Of a DNA stretch of 21,815 nt, positions 7,751-17,062 are shown piece after piece. The stretch covers positions 1 to 21,815 of the forward strand of contig CBFGJG010000035.1 in NCBI GenBank assembly GCA_965649055.1, read 5' to 3'. Under the pieces are notes generated by a model. The model saw nothing but the letters and a program-made list of their open reading frames with translations, did not search any database and was not told the DNA's origin. The translations under genes and the position numbers were made by a program. This stretch comes from a candidate division WOR-3 bacterium (GTDB taxonomy: Bacteria; Hydrothermota; UBA3072; B12-G15). Position 1 is the first letter of the stretch; each line of letters begins with the position of its first letter.

Positions 7751-9614
7751 AATCTACAATCCTACCTGTTGAAATAATTAATATACAATAGAATATTGAC
7801 AATATAATTATCATTACCAAAAATCCATGTATAGGTGTTGAATAGTTTGAAACAGGCAAAATATAAACAAGATTACCTAATAAATTTACGAGTATAAGAT
7901 TATAAATAAAAAGAAAAATAAAACCAGCAAAAATAAATCTTTTGTTTATGTGGACAGAACCCGGCAAAAAGATATTCATAATAATATATAGAATTCTTTC
8001 TCTTCTTTTGCCCTTATTTTCTATTAATTTCATCAGTCTTTTCCTTAAACTTTTGGATTGTGAAAATGAAATTTTTTCAAAACATTTTTCACATACTGGA
8101 ATTTCTTCTATTTTATTCAGATTAACAGCTGCACCCTTACACAAACTACAATGAACAGGAACAATTTCTTTTTTAAAAATATAAGAAAATAAAATAATAA
8201 TGAAACCGGCAAATATAAAGAATACCGAATAGAAATTTAATATATTAAAACTTCTAAAAAGGAATACATATATTGATTTTTCATCAGGATAGAAATCATA
8301 AATCTCGAATTTTGAACCTTTTAGTTTATCGATCATAGAAAAATATTTAGATGAGTTTGGAAAATCAAGTAGTTTTGCATATGTTTTTGCAATGTTGAAA
8401 TAAATATATTCAATCTCCGGAATTTTGTTTTTTTCAGCCTGAAGAAAGTAATATAAAGCACTATCATATTTACCTTCAATATAAAAACTGACACCTATAT
8501 TGTTTAATATTTTTTCTTTATATCCTCTATGTTTAAGCATATCTTTAAATATCTCCCTTGCAAGATAAGATTCCTCAATTTTTAATAATGCTGTTCCTTT
8601 CAACCATTGATCGTATAAATCAATTTTTTCAGTTTCAAATCTATTGTTAACAGGGTCATAAAAAGAATTTAAAATATTTAAATTGTTAGTGTTTTTTAAA
8701 AACTTCTCAATTGGAATTTTAAAACCGCAAAGTATACCAGTTGCCAATAAAATAATGCCAACAATAATTCTTTCTCTTTTCGATAAGAAAAATAGCGACA
8801 AAAGCACAAAAATAGAAATAAATATCTTCCATGGTAGGAACACTATCATTGAATAACATATACCAGTTATCCAGAATTCTTTTAGTTTTGTCTTTATAGA
8901 AAAAAGCTTACCTAAATATTCTACAGCATTCTTAAAAGAATATATAATTAAGGAAATAATAAAAAGTAAAAGAAGAATGATAAAAAATGTAATAGTATTA
9001 TGTATAAGATAAACAGAGTTATTTATGTATTTGAATGATTTTATATATCTAAATAAATAACCCAAACATTCTCTTCTGTTAGAATTCAATGTTAATTTAA
9101 AACCTTGCAAAGCAAGTTCTCTCCTCATCGGTGCTACATCTATCGCAGAAGCAATAAGATACAAACTTGTTTTATTGTTACCTATGTTTCTTTCTTCCCA
9201 TCCTTTTTTCTCGTAAATTTGAGAAATATAATAGTCAGCTTTAACATTTTTTATCTCATAGATGTCGTGAATTTTATCTTTTACCAGACTACTCCATTTA
9301 AAATTCAATCCATTTATAAAAATAAGATCCACTATTACTGCTTCTTGAAGTGTTTTTATACGAAGAATACACTCATTGTAAAAATTTTCATAAGGTTCTT
9401 TTTTCATCCTTTTTAGCTCGCCGATAAAAAGAGGAATAAATGGATTTTTACCGTCATCGTATTTCTTATATAATTCTTCAGCTTTTATAAAATCAACAGA
9501 TGGGATATAACCTCTTCCCTCAACTACTTTTCCAAATTGAGGATATATTTTTTTAGCAACTTCAAAATCCTTGTTATAAATGTCTATAATAATACAAAAA
9601 ATAAAATTAATCAT
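7740..9614 (-). CDS. Polytopic membrane protein with TPR repeats and a CxxC-CxxC zinc-binding motif
   Basis: Several hydrophobic helices; TPR-like ILNNIGVSFYIEGKYDSALYYF and YFNIAKTY; HCSLCKG...VCEKC; C-terminal LPGSVH + TM segment. Confidence 0.7.
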   Translation of the reverse strand: MINFIFCIIIDIYNKDFEVAKKIYPQFGKVVEGRGYIPSVDFIKAEELYKKYDDGKNPFIPLFIGELKRMKKEPYENFYNECILRIKTLQEAVIVDLIFINGLNFKWSSLVKDKIHDIYEIKNVKADYYISQIYEKKGWEERNIGNNKTSLYLIASAIDVAPMRRELALQGFKLTLNSNRRECLGYLFRYIKSFKYINNSVYLIHNTITFFIILLLLFIISLIIYSFKNAVEYLGKLFSIKTKLKEFWITGICYSMIVFLPWKIFISIFVLLSLFFLSKRERIIVGIILLATGILCGFKIPIEKFLKNTNNLNILNSFYDPVNNRFETEKIDLYDQWLKGTALLKIEESYLAREIFKDMLKHRGYKEKILNNIGVSFYIEGKYDSALYYFLQAEKNKIPEIEYIYFNIAKTYAKLLDFPNSSKYFSMIDKLKGSKFEIYDFYPDEKSIYVFLFRSFNILNFYSVFFIFAGFIIILFSYIFKKEIVPVHCSLCKGAAVNLNKIEEIPVCEKCFEKISFSQSKSLRKRLMKLIENKGKRRERILYIIMNIFLPGSVHINKRFIFAGFIFLFIYNLILVNLLGNLVYILPVSNYSTPIHGFLVMIIILSIFYCILIISTGRIVDYGS

Positions 9615-10243
9615 TCAAATTGTATTTTTTTAAATTTAACTTCAAGTTTATAAGAACCGGATGTTATAATTACATTATATGGATTATAATTATCATTTAT
9701 AGATTTGAAATTACTAAAAACAGCCTCAATATTCTGTCCGTTATTCACATATACCGATTTAACTGGATATTTTTTTTCATTATGAAGAAGAAGATTATAA
9801 TAGCTGTAAGACAATAATTCGCCTTCAGGAATTAACAACCTTTTGATATCTTTATTAATTAAAAAAGGAAAATGATATGTCACAAAATTTATAAAAACTT
9901 CTGATGGAATTATGTTTTGAGCAATTATTTTCTGTATACTTATTGAATCACCTTTACTATTAAATACCTTTATTCCGTTGTCTGTAATAATAAAATCTGC
10001 GACCTTTAAACCAAAAAGTGCAAACAAAGAACCAGTAAGTTCTCTTTTATTTTTATCATATGTATAGGTAAAAGATGCTGATACACTTTTTTCTGAAGAA
10101 ATAACAACTATATCCCCTTCTGCTGATTTGAAGTTATATTTATTAAACCAATATGTATAAGATTCCATTGTTGGTTTCGTTGATACCTTCTTACAACCAT
10201 TAAAGGCAATTATGTATAAAACAATCAAAAAAATCCTTGACAT
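9611..10243 (-). CDS. Lipoprotein, probable LolA/LolB-like fold (LolB/DUF4292-like)
   Basis: Signal MSRIFLIVLYIIAFNG-C17; beta-rich body with a SLFALFGLKVADFII motif resembling LolB-like proteins (recognised by eye). Confidence 0.55.
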   Translation of the reverse strand: MSRIFLIVLYIIAFNGCKKVSTKPTMESYTYWFNKYNFKSAEGDIVVISSEKSVSASFTYTYDKNKRELTGSLFALFGLKVADFIITDNGIKVFNSKGDSISIQKIIAQNIIPSEVFINFVTYHFPFLINKDIKRLLIPEGELLSYSYYNLLLHNEKKYPVKSVYVNNGQNIEAVFSNFKSINDNYNPYNVIITSGSYKLEVKFKKIQFE

Positions 10244-10282
10244 ATTGTTTTTTTAGTATAATAAAAAAATAAAAAGTGTCAA
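10237..10282. promoter_or_regulatory. Overlapping divergent promoters between the lipoprotein gene and smpB
   Basis: Minus strand TTGACA (10282-10277)-N16-TATACT (10260-10255). Plus strand TTGACA (10237-10242)-N14-TATAAT (10257-10262); the plus-strand spacer is suboptimal. Confidence 0.55.
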
Positions 10283-10289
10283 TGAAAAA

Positions 10290-10721
10290 ATGAAAATTAT
10301 TTGTAGAAACAAAAAGGCTTTTAGGGACTATGAAATATTTGAGAAATATGAAGCAGGAATTGTTTTGTATGGTAATGAAGTCAAATCAGTTAAGAATGGA
10401 ATGGTAAGTTTGCAGGATTCCTATGCAGGTGTTGAAAATGGTGAGATATTTATATATAATATGGATATATCACCGTATGAAAAAGAAGCATTTCATACTG
10501 ATAGGAAAAGAAAGAGAAAATTGTTATTAAAGAAGAGTGAAATAAAAAAAATTATAGGAAAAATTACTTTGAGAGGTTTTACATTGATACCAATATCAGT
10601 ATATATTAACGAAAGGAATCTTATAAAAATTGAATTAGCAATAGCAAGAGGAAAAAAGATGTATGAAAAAAGAGAAGAATTAAAAAAGAAAGATGCTGAG
10701 ATGGAGATAAAAAGAGAATGA
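10290..10721 (+). CDS. smpB: SsrA-binding protein SmpB
   Basis: NKKAFRDYEI...EAGIVL.G.EVKS, RKRKLLL, GFTLIP, ARGKKMYEKR. Confidence 0.97.
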   Translation: MKIICRNKKAFRDYEIFEKYEAGIVLYGNEVKSVKNGMVSLQDSYAGVENGEIFIYNMDISPYEKEAFHTDRKRKRKLLLKKSEIKKIIGKITLRGFTLIPISVYINERNLIKIELAIARGKKMYEKREELKKKDAEMEIKRE

Positions 10722-12064
10722 TTCTGCTCATTTTATCATTGCAAATTTCATATAAAAATAAAATATACGATATAAAAGTTATTAATACTGAGACATCAGA
10801 ATATGTAAATTTTACCGCTTTAATGAGTGATATAGGAATCCCTTACCTATATGACAAAGTTAAAAAATCATATACTTTTCAGAGAGAAAAAACACTTGTT
10901 ATAATACCTGATAATCCTTTCATAAAAGTAGATGATAAATTTATACAACTTTTTTACTCTCCTTTTGAATCAGAATCCAATCTTTATATTGAAAAAAGTG
11001 AATTTATAAAAGTTTTTTCATCTCTTGTAGATACAAGATTTAAAATTCAAAACGAACTCCTCCAGGAAGAAAGAGAATACAATATAAAAAATTTCAGATT
11101 AGGTGTTTCTCAGGATGAAACAACGATAATATTTGAAATTTCTCGTTCTTTAGAAGTTCTTTACAAAGGAAAAGATACATTATGGACTATAACTTTTTTT
11201 GAGCCTTATTATGACCCTTCTATATTTAATGTGACTTCAGGTGGTTTTGTAAACAAAATAGAAAGAAATGTAAAGGAAGGAATACTCGAAATAAAAATAA
11301 AGATTCAAGAAAATAAAGATGTTAATATAAAAAGAACAGGTAATGAGCTTAAAATTTCTGTTAGAAACTATAAAAAGAGAGAAATTAAGAATATAGTTAT
11401 TGATCCAGGTCATGGTGGCCATGATTTAGGTGGAACAGGAAATGGTCTATACGAGAAAGATGTTGTCCTTGATATTGCAAAAAGGGTTGCTAATGAACTT
11501 AAAAAAATGGGATTTAACATTACACTTACAAGAACAGAAGATGTATTCTTAAGTTTAAAAGAAAGAACACAGATAGCAGATAATATGAAAGCAGACCTAT
11601 TTGTAAGTATTCATTGTAATGCTGTTGGGAACAAGAAAAAAATAGATATGAATGGAACCGAGGTTTATTTCCTATCTGTTGCAAAAACAGACTGGACAAG
11701 GGCCGTTGAAGCAACTGAAAATTCCTCTATTCAGTTTGAAAATGGTAATATTGAAGAAAAAGGGCTGAAATATGTTTTATGGGACCTTGCACAGAACCAA
11801 TTCCTTGAAGAATCACAACAACTTGCTATATATATTCAGGAATCAATAGTAAATGAATGTAAAACAAAAGATAGAGGTGTTCAGCAGGCAAATTTTTATG
11901 TGTTACGTTTGAATTATATGCCTGCAGTTCTTATAGAAACCTTATTTATAACAAATCCGGAAGATGCAAAAAAATTAAAGGATAAAAACTTCCTTGATAA
12001 ATTGGCAAAAAGTATAGCAAATGGTATTAAAAAATATGTTGATAGATACGAAAGTCAGAAATAA
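10718..12064 (+). CDS. N-acetylmuramoyl-L-alanine amidase (Amidase_3, AmiA/B/C-like) with N-terminal accessory domains
   Basis: IVIDPGHGGHD, EKDVVL, FVSIHCN, MPAVLIETLFITN zinc/catalytic motifs; autoinhibitory-helix-like RAVEATEN insert. ATGA overlap with smpB. Confidence 0.93.
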   Translation: MILLILSLQISYKNKIYDIKVINTETSEYVNFTALMSDIGIPYLYDKVKKSYTFQREKTLVIIPDNPFIKVDDKFIQLFYSPFESESNLYIEKSEFIKVFSSLVDTRFKIQNELLQEEREYNIKNFRLGVSQDETTIIFEISRSLEVLYKGKDTLWTITFFEPYYDPSIFNVTSGGFVNKIERNVKEGILEIKIKIQENKDVNIKRTGNELKISVRNYKKREIKNIVIDPGHGGHDLGGTGNGLYEKDVVLDIAKRVANELKKMGFNITLTRTEDVFLSLKERTQIADNMKADLFVSIHCNAVGNKKKIDMNGTEVYFLSVAKTDWTRAVEATENSSIQFENGNIEEKGLKYVLWDLAQNQFLEESQQLAIYIQESIVNECKTKDRGVQQANFYVLRLNYMPAVLIETLFITNPEDAKKLKDKNFLDKLAKSIANGIKKYVDRYESQK

Positions 12065-12836
12065 TCCTATTGGTATTTTTGATTCTGGTATTGGCGGGCT
12101 TACAGTAGCAAAGGCAATCAAAAAATTATTACCATATGAACATATAGTATATTTTGGAGATACTGCCCGGTTGCCTTACGGAAATAAATCTAAAGAAACA
12201 ATCATAAAATTTGCTAAAGAAGATATTGAATTTCTATTAAAATTTAATGTTAAAGTTATTGTTTCTGCATGTTTTACTGTTTCATCAAATGCAATTGAAG
12301 AACTTAGAAACCTCTTTGAAATTCCAATAATTGACATGATTGAACCTTCTATTATACCGATAAAAAAAATAAAAGAAAAAAAGATTGGAATAATAGGAAC
12401 TGTTGCAACTATCGAGAGTGGTAGTTTTAAAAAACATATAGGAGAAGACAAAAAAATATATCAGAAGGCCTGTCCCCTATTTGTTCCAATAGTTGAAGAA
12501 GGCTTGTTTAATCATAAAATTGGTTTAATTGCCACAGAAGAATACCTGAAAGAATTTAAAAATAAAGGTATAAATACTATCGTTCTTGGATGCACTCATT
12601 ATACTCTAATGAGAAATACTATCAAAAAATATTTGGGAAAAGGAACAAAATTTATTGAGCCAGGTTATGAAGCTGCAATAATGTTAAAAAGATTACTTTT
12701 AGAAAATAATGCAACATCAGAAAATAATGGTGGATTTGATATTTACCTCTCGGATATACCAAGAAAGTTTGAGAAAATATTAAAAATATTTTTGGGGGAT
12801 GAGTTCAATTATAAAATAAAAAAAATCACCGAATAG
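12036..12836 (+). CDS. murI: Glutamate racemase
   Basis: IGIFDSGIGGLTV, YFGDTARLPYG, first Cys in SACFT, second in LGCTHY. The start could alternatively be 12021. Confidence 0.93.
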   Translation: MLIDTKVRNNPIGIFDSGIGGLTVAKAIKKLLPYEHIVYFGDTARLPYGNKSKETIIKFAKEDIEFLLKFNVKVIVSACFTVSSNAIEELRNLFEIPIIDMIEPSIIPIKKIKEKKIGIIGTVATIESGSFKKHIGEDKKIYQKACPLFVPIVEEGLFNHKIGLIATEEYLKEFKNKGINTIVLGCTHYTLMRNTIKKYLGKGTKFIEPGYEAAIMLKRLLLENNATSENNGGFDIYLSDIPRKFEKILKIFLGDEFNYKIKKITE

Positions 12837-13275
12837 ATTCTATCGCTCTTTCAACTGCTTTAAAAGGATCTTCAAAATTCTCTATACCTAATTTTGTATC
12901 GCAGTCTACACCAAAAACATTTTTACCAAAATGAATTGCGAAGGCGATTTCTGTCATTGTTCCAGTTCCACCATTTATTGCAATCAAAACATCCGCTGTT
13001 CTTACAATTATAACATTTCTCATCTCATTAATCCCGGTAACAATAGGGATATCTACAAAAGGATTTGCTTCATTTTTGTTTATCCCTGGTAATATACCTA
13101 TAACAAGACCCCCTGCATCCTTTGCGCCTCTTGAAGCCTCTTCCATAACCCCACCAAGACCTCCAGTCAATAATATATACCCTCTTTTTGCAATTTCGAA
13201 TCCAATTTTGTAAGCTTTCTCTTTTATTTTCTCATCTACAACTCTACCACCTATAACACCAATTATTTTTTTCAT
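12826..13275 (-). CDS. TIGR00725 family (LOG/DprA-like Rossmann fold) protein
   Basis: IGVIGG, TGGLGGVMEEASRGA, IGILPG, RNVIIV, GGTGTMTE. Confidence 0.88.
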   Translation of the reverse strand: MKKIIGVIGGRVVDEKIKEKAYKIGFEIAKRGYILLTGGLGGVMEEASRGAKDAGGLVIGILPGINKNEANPFVDIPIVTGINEMRNVIIVRTADVLIAINGGTGTMTEIAFAIHFGKNVFGVDCDTKLGIENFEDPFKAVERAIESIR

Positions 13276-16200
13276 CTTATTATTGACATTTTTTTCAGTA
13301 TTTTTTTTCTACCAACTTGTATTGAGTAGTAATAAACTCCATTAGGCAAATCCCTTCCATAATCATCAATAAGTTTCCACTCTATCCTGTTAAAACCTGT
13401 ATAACACCTCTGTTTCTTTGTCCAGATTTTCTTTCCGGTTACTGTATAGACAGATACTTCAACTTCGGTATCATTTAAAAGATAAAATGTAAAATATGTT
13501 TTATTACTTGCAGGATTAGGAAAGTTATATATCCCCCAGATATATTCGTCGTTTCTTAATATAAGATTAAGCTTCTTTTTCCCGAGGTTACCGCAGTTAT
13601 CAATACAATACACTTCTATAAAGAAAGTATCGGTATTTTCTGTTCTGATTGGGAGAATCACTTCTCCTGACTTAAAAGTTCCTGAATAATTATTAAACCT
13701 ATCACCGAGATAAACTGGTTTAGAATAATCATTTATGAATAGAACTATATTTTCATTTCTTCTAATATCTATTCCGCTTTCATCATTTATAATGATCCTT
13801 ATCTCAGAACCATTTGCAAAATAGTCATTTTCCTCTAACTCTTTATTACTCGAAAATATCCTTATTTCAGGTGGAATACTTTCAGAAGGTATTCCAGTCC
13901 TAAGAAAGATATTTTTATAACTATGAAATTCACTATCTAAATTATAAATATGCAATCTCGCTTTACCAAAGCCTTCCTTAGTATCAAATGGAATTATAGC
14001 CATAATCGTATCTTTATTCTGATAATTAACATTAAATATTTTTTTCCCTTCTAAAATAAAATTCACCGTAGTGTTTGAAACAGTATATGAAATTGAAGTA
14101 TCAGGCTGACTTAATGAAAAATAAATTTTCGGAAATTTATCTTCAAGAACTATATTGAATGGATTACCACCTATTATTGTATCAGGTGTATCGAATAAAA
14201 TATTAAAAGTGTCTTCAAAAACAGCTGTTGCCGGATCTCCAAAAAATATATATGCGGTATCACCATAAATATTCATTGCAGAAGTGTAAACTTCGCCAAA
14301 TGTTCTTTTAAATACAAGATTATTGACCAAATTACTTCCAAAAACTCTATTAGCACCTGCATATGTGGCACGCGTTGATGCAACTGAGACAATAGTCCCA
14401 CCATCGGGATATATATTAATGTAATCGGCAATAGACCTTTCATCAGGTCTTTCGAAAAATCCAGCATTACATGTTCCAAAATAAAACATCGGGCATTTTC
14501 TCCAGTTCTTAAGTTTTATAATGTCCTCCATAAGTAAAACCTTTTCATGTGCGAGCTGATATATATTCCCATGTCCTAAGTAATAACCAAAAATAGAACC
14601 TTTATTAAATTCTTCGATAAATTTTCTTGTAGCAGATGGTTTCATTCCATATTCTAAAGGATACAAAATAGTATAGATCTTACTTACCTCAAACCATTTT
14701 GGCAAAAGATTATATATTTGTTCGCAATATCCGGTATGATACAATAATTCAGTTCCGCTAACTCCTCCACCAACTCTTTCATCATCAGCGAGTATAATAA
14801 TTCTGTTCCTCCATTCTCCACCGGAAGATTCAAAATCAATCAGTTTATCTACCCATTGTTTTGCTTCAACCTTAGTTGTCAAAGTTACCCGACCAATTGG
14901 AATATCTGGCTTTGTATTTCCGTCGTAATCAACAAACCATACATCAACTGTTGGATTTGAAGCCAGTATTGAAGACAGGTCTATATCAGGTCCGTAAGTA
15001 TGAATAGGGACAAAATTCTGTGGAGAAGACAGGGATTTTAAGTTTTTGTAGTCGTAAGTTCCTTTACCAAAAAGAAGAACAAAAGATGGTGAAGGGGACC
15101 ATGATGTTGAAGTATGCAAAAGAAATCTCTTTATAGCACCGGGATCCCTGACACCAAATGAAAAATTATCGTAAATTTCATCAACTGTTATTACTTTTAC
15201 CTGTGGATTTTCGAAACCATTAAGCTTTTTTCTCCTATATTCTGCAAGAATTGAGGCTTCTTCTTTAAAGATTTGGGAAGTTATGCATATCCAGTCTGCA
15301 CCGCTGTTCCACAAACTTGAAACACTTGAAATTTTGGCTTCTATCGGATATAATAAAGTATCTGTTATGAATAAATTCTTTCCATCATATCCGAAAAAGT
15401 TTCCTGACTTTTTTAAATTGACCGGTTTATAGTAATCGTCTATACCAAGAATATATTTCTTGTTTGTGGAGAAAAGTCTATTTAGGGAATCAGAAAAATT
15501 AACAAAATTATTATTTACAGAATTAATATTTTTCCAATAAGTTATTTCAATATAATCAATATATATAATTGCCTTTGAATTCAATATTTCAAATTTTAAA
15601 TTATTATTACCATTTTTTAAATTATAGAAAGTGTCTACAATTGTCATTCTCTCTCTATAAAAAAATCTTGGTGTAAAAAAAGTATCGTTAACAGCTTCAC
15701 CATTAAGATAAAGTATTGAGTAATGCTGAGTTGTAGAAATACCACAATATATTCCCATTTTTACAATGCAGAAAGAATCAATTGCATCATCTATATTGAA
15801 ACTATAAGAGAAATAATTTACATCAGAAGGGACAGTAATTGAACTCCATATCCATGTAAGACCGGAACGTGAAGGATTATCGATGTCTTTCTCAAAATGG
15901 ACTGTATGCAAAAATTTTTCTGTATTCTGCCCCTGATTTATTATTTTTTCTTCCATCTCAAACCTACTCCCATTAGTTTTTATCCAGTAAACATTTGTAT
16001 CAGTATAAGGATTATAATAATACCACCAATTTATGTCTGTTCCTGGAACTGGATAAGGATCTGAAAAACGTTCGAGATAATTTCTTTCAAAACCATTAAG
16101 TGACCTGGCGAAAAAAATAACATATTCACCTTCGTCAAATTTCCCGTTTTCATTAAAAACATTATAAATAGCAGGGACTTTAAAGGGTAATGTATCGAGA

Positions 16201-16901
16201 GAATCAAAGAAAGAATTTTTAAATTTAAAAATATTTCTATATCCTGTTCTAATCTCAACATTCTCAGGTGCTACTAAATCAGGATTAATTCCATTATCTT
16301 GTAAAAATTTCCTATCTATTTTGTAAATACCATCTTTTATTATCTTCATTTTTATCCATATACCATCATCCTTTGCGATTCTTTGTCTTATAAAATATCT
16401 TTCACCCTTTGGTTTGTTCAAAAAATTAACAAAAATATTATAATTAGGTTTATACCATTTACCTTTAAAATAAATTCTAACAATTATCTCTTTTCTTATT
16501 TCTATTTTTTCACCTTCGAAAGAAAAAGGAAAAAGATAAACTTCTGCGGTTTTTACTTTATTGCCATAAATCGCTATCTTTGCAGGTTCAACAATTACAG
16601 GTTTATAATCTTTTTTTTCGCGTTCAGCCAAAATATCAATGTTTGATTTCAATATACCTTTTACATATTCTTTGTTTTTTACATGATACTTCATTATAGC
16701 GCCATTTTCTGAGACAAGTATATTGAATTTGATAAAAGGTAAAGATGGTTCCCCAATATCAGTAAAAATATTCCCATCCTTAAGTTCTATACTTAAAGAA
16801 TCACCCTCAGCATATATTGAATATTCAGGTGAATAAGAAAATACAAGAGAATCATCAGTATCACAAATAATTTTCAAAGAAGCTAAAAAAATAAAAATCA
16901 T
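13272..16901 (-). CDS. Peptidase C25 (gingipain family) protein, PorU-like architecture, with C-terminal FlgD/T9SS-sorting-like Ig domain
   Basis: Propeptide-like GEPSLP; KDGIYKID; YNPYTDTNVYW; VDEIYDNFSFGVRDPGAIKRFL; IPIGRV; His in GHG (14571-14573) and Cys in GTCN (14469-14471); FFGDPA; DESGID; NFPNPAS...VYTVTGKKI...LPNGVYYY. Confidence 0.85.
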   Translation of the reverse strand: MIFIFLASLKIICDTDDSLVFSYSPEYSIYAEGDSLSIELKDGNIFTDIGEPSLPFIKFNILVSENGAIMKYHVKNKEYVKGILKSNIDILAEREKKDYKPVIVEPAKIAIYGNKVKTAEVYLFPFSFEGEKIEIRKEIIVRIYFKGKWYKPNYNIFVNFLNKPKGERYFIRQRIAKDDGIWIKMKIIKDGIYKIDRKFLQDNGINPDLVAPENVEIRTGYRNIFKFKNSFFDSLDTLPFKVPAIYNVFNENGKFDEGEYVIFFARSLNGFERNYLERFSDPYPVPGTDINWWYYYNPYTDTNVYWIKTNGSRFEMEEKIINQGQNTEKFLHTVHFEKDIDNPSRSGLTWIWSSITVPSDVNYFSYSFNIDDAIDSFCIVKMGIYCGISTTQHYSILYLNGEAVNDTFFTPRFFYRERMTIVDTFYNLKNGNNNLKFEILNSKAIIYIDYIEITYWKNINSVNNNFVNFSDSLNRLFSTNKKYILGIDDYYKPVNLKKSGNFFGYDGKNLFITDTLLYPIEAKISSVSSLWNSGADWICITSQIFKEEASILAEYRRKKLNGFENPQVKVITVDEIYDNFSFGVRDPGAIKRFLLHTSTSWSPSPSFVLLFGKGTYDYKNLKSLSSPQNFVPIHTYGPDIDLSSILASNPTVDVWFVDYDGNTKPDIPIGRVTLTTKVEAKQWVDKLIDFESSGGEWRNRIIILADDERVGGGVSGTELLYHTGYCEQIYNLLPKWFEVSKIYTILYPLEYGMKPSATRKFIEEFNKGSIFGYYLGHGNIYQLAHEKVLLMEDIIKLKNWRKCPMFYFGTCNAGFFERPDERSIADYINIYPDGGTIVSVASTRATYAGANRVFGSNLVNNLVFKRTFGEVYTSAMNIYGDTAYIFFGDPATAVFEDTFNILFDTPDTIIGGNPFNIVLEDKFPKIYFSLSQPDTSISYTVSNTTVNFILEGKKIFNVNYQNKDTIMAIIPFDTKEGFGKARLHIYNLDSEFHSYKNIFLRTGIPSESIPPEIRIFSSNKELEENDYFANGSEIRIIINDESGIDIRRNENIVLFINDYSKPVYLGDRFNNYSGTFKSGEVILPIRTENTDTFFIEVYCIDNCGNLGKKKLNLILRNDEYIWGIYNFPNPASNKTYFTFYLLNDTEVEVSVYTVTGKKIWTKKQRCYTGFNRIEWKLIDDYGRDLPNGVYYYSIQVGRKKILKKMSIIR

Positions 16902-17062
16902 AACTTTTCAGCCTCTTCGATAATCAGTATTGGAATACCTTCCTTAATAGGAAATGCAAGCTTACAATTTTTACATATTAATCTATCTTTATCCTCATCA
17001 TATATAAAGTCTCCTTTGCATTTCGGACAGGCAATGATATCAAGTAACTTTTTATCAATCAT
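16898..17062 (-). CDS. Trm112/YcaR family zinc-binding protein (54 aa, absent from the ORF track)
   Basis: Hand translation MIDKKLLDIIACPKCKGDFIYDEDKDRLICKNCKLAFPIKEGIPILIIEEAEKL*. SD AGGAGG upstream; ATGA overlaps on both sides. Confidence 0.93.
   Translation of the reverse strand: MIDKKLLDIIACPKCKGDFIYDEDKDRLICKNCKLAFPIKEGIPILIIEEAEKL

Noticed and set aside
7740..10243. Visibly more AT-rich segment as a possible horizontal acquisition
   Set aside because: Explained by Ile/Phe/Lys/Asn-rich membrane proteins. No integrase, tRNA or flanking repeats, and the genes are tightly coupled.
10244..10289. tmRNA next to smpB
   Set aside because: The intergenic space is far too small and has no tRNA-like GGGG...CCA ends.
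10650..10721. Short SmpB C-terminal tail with EKR instead of DKR
   Set aside because: Short tails and EKR variants occur in functional SmpBs such as those of Thermus. No sign of pseudogenisation.
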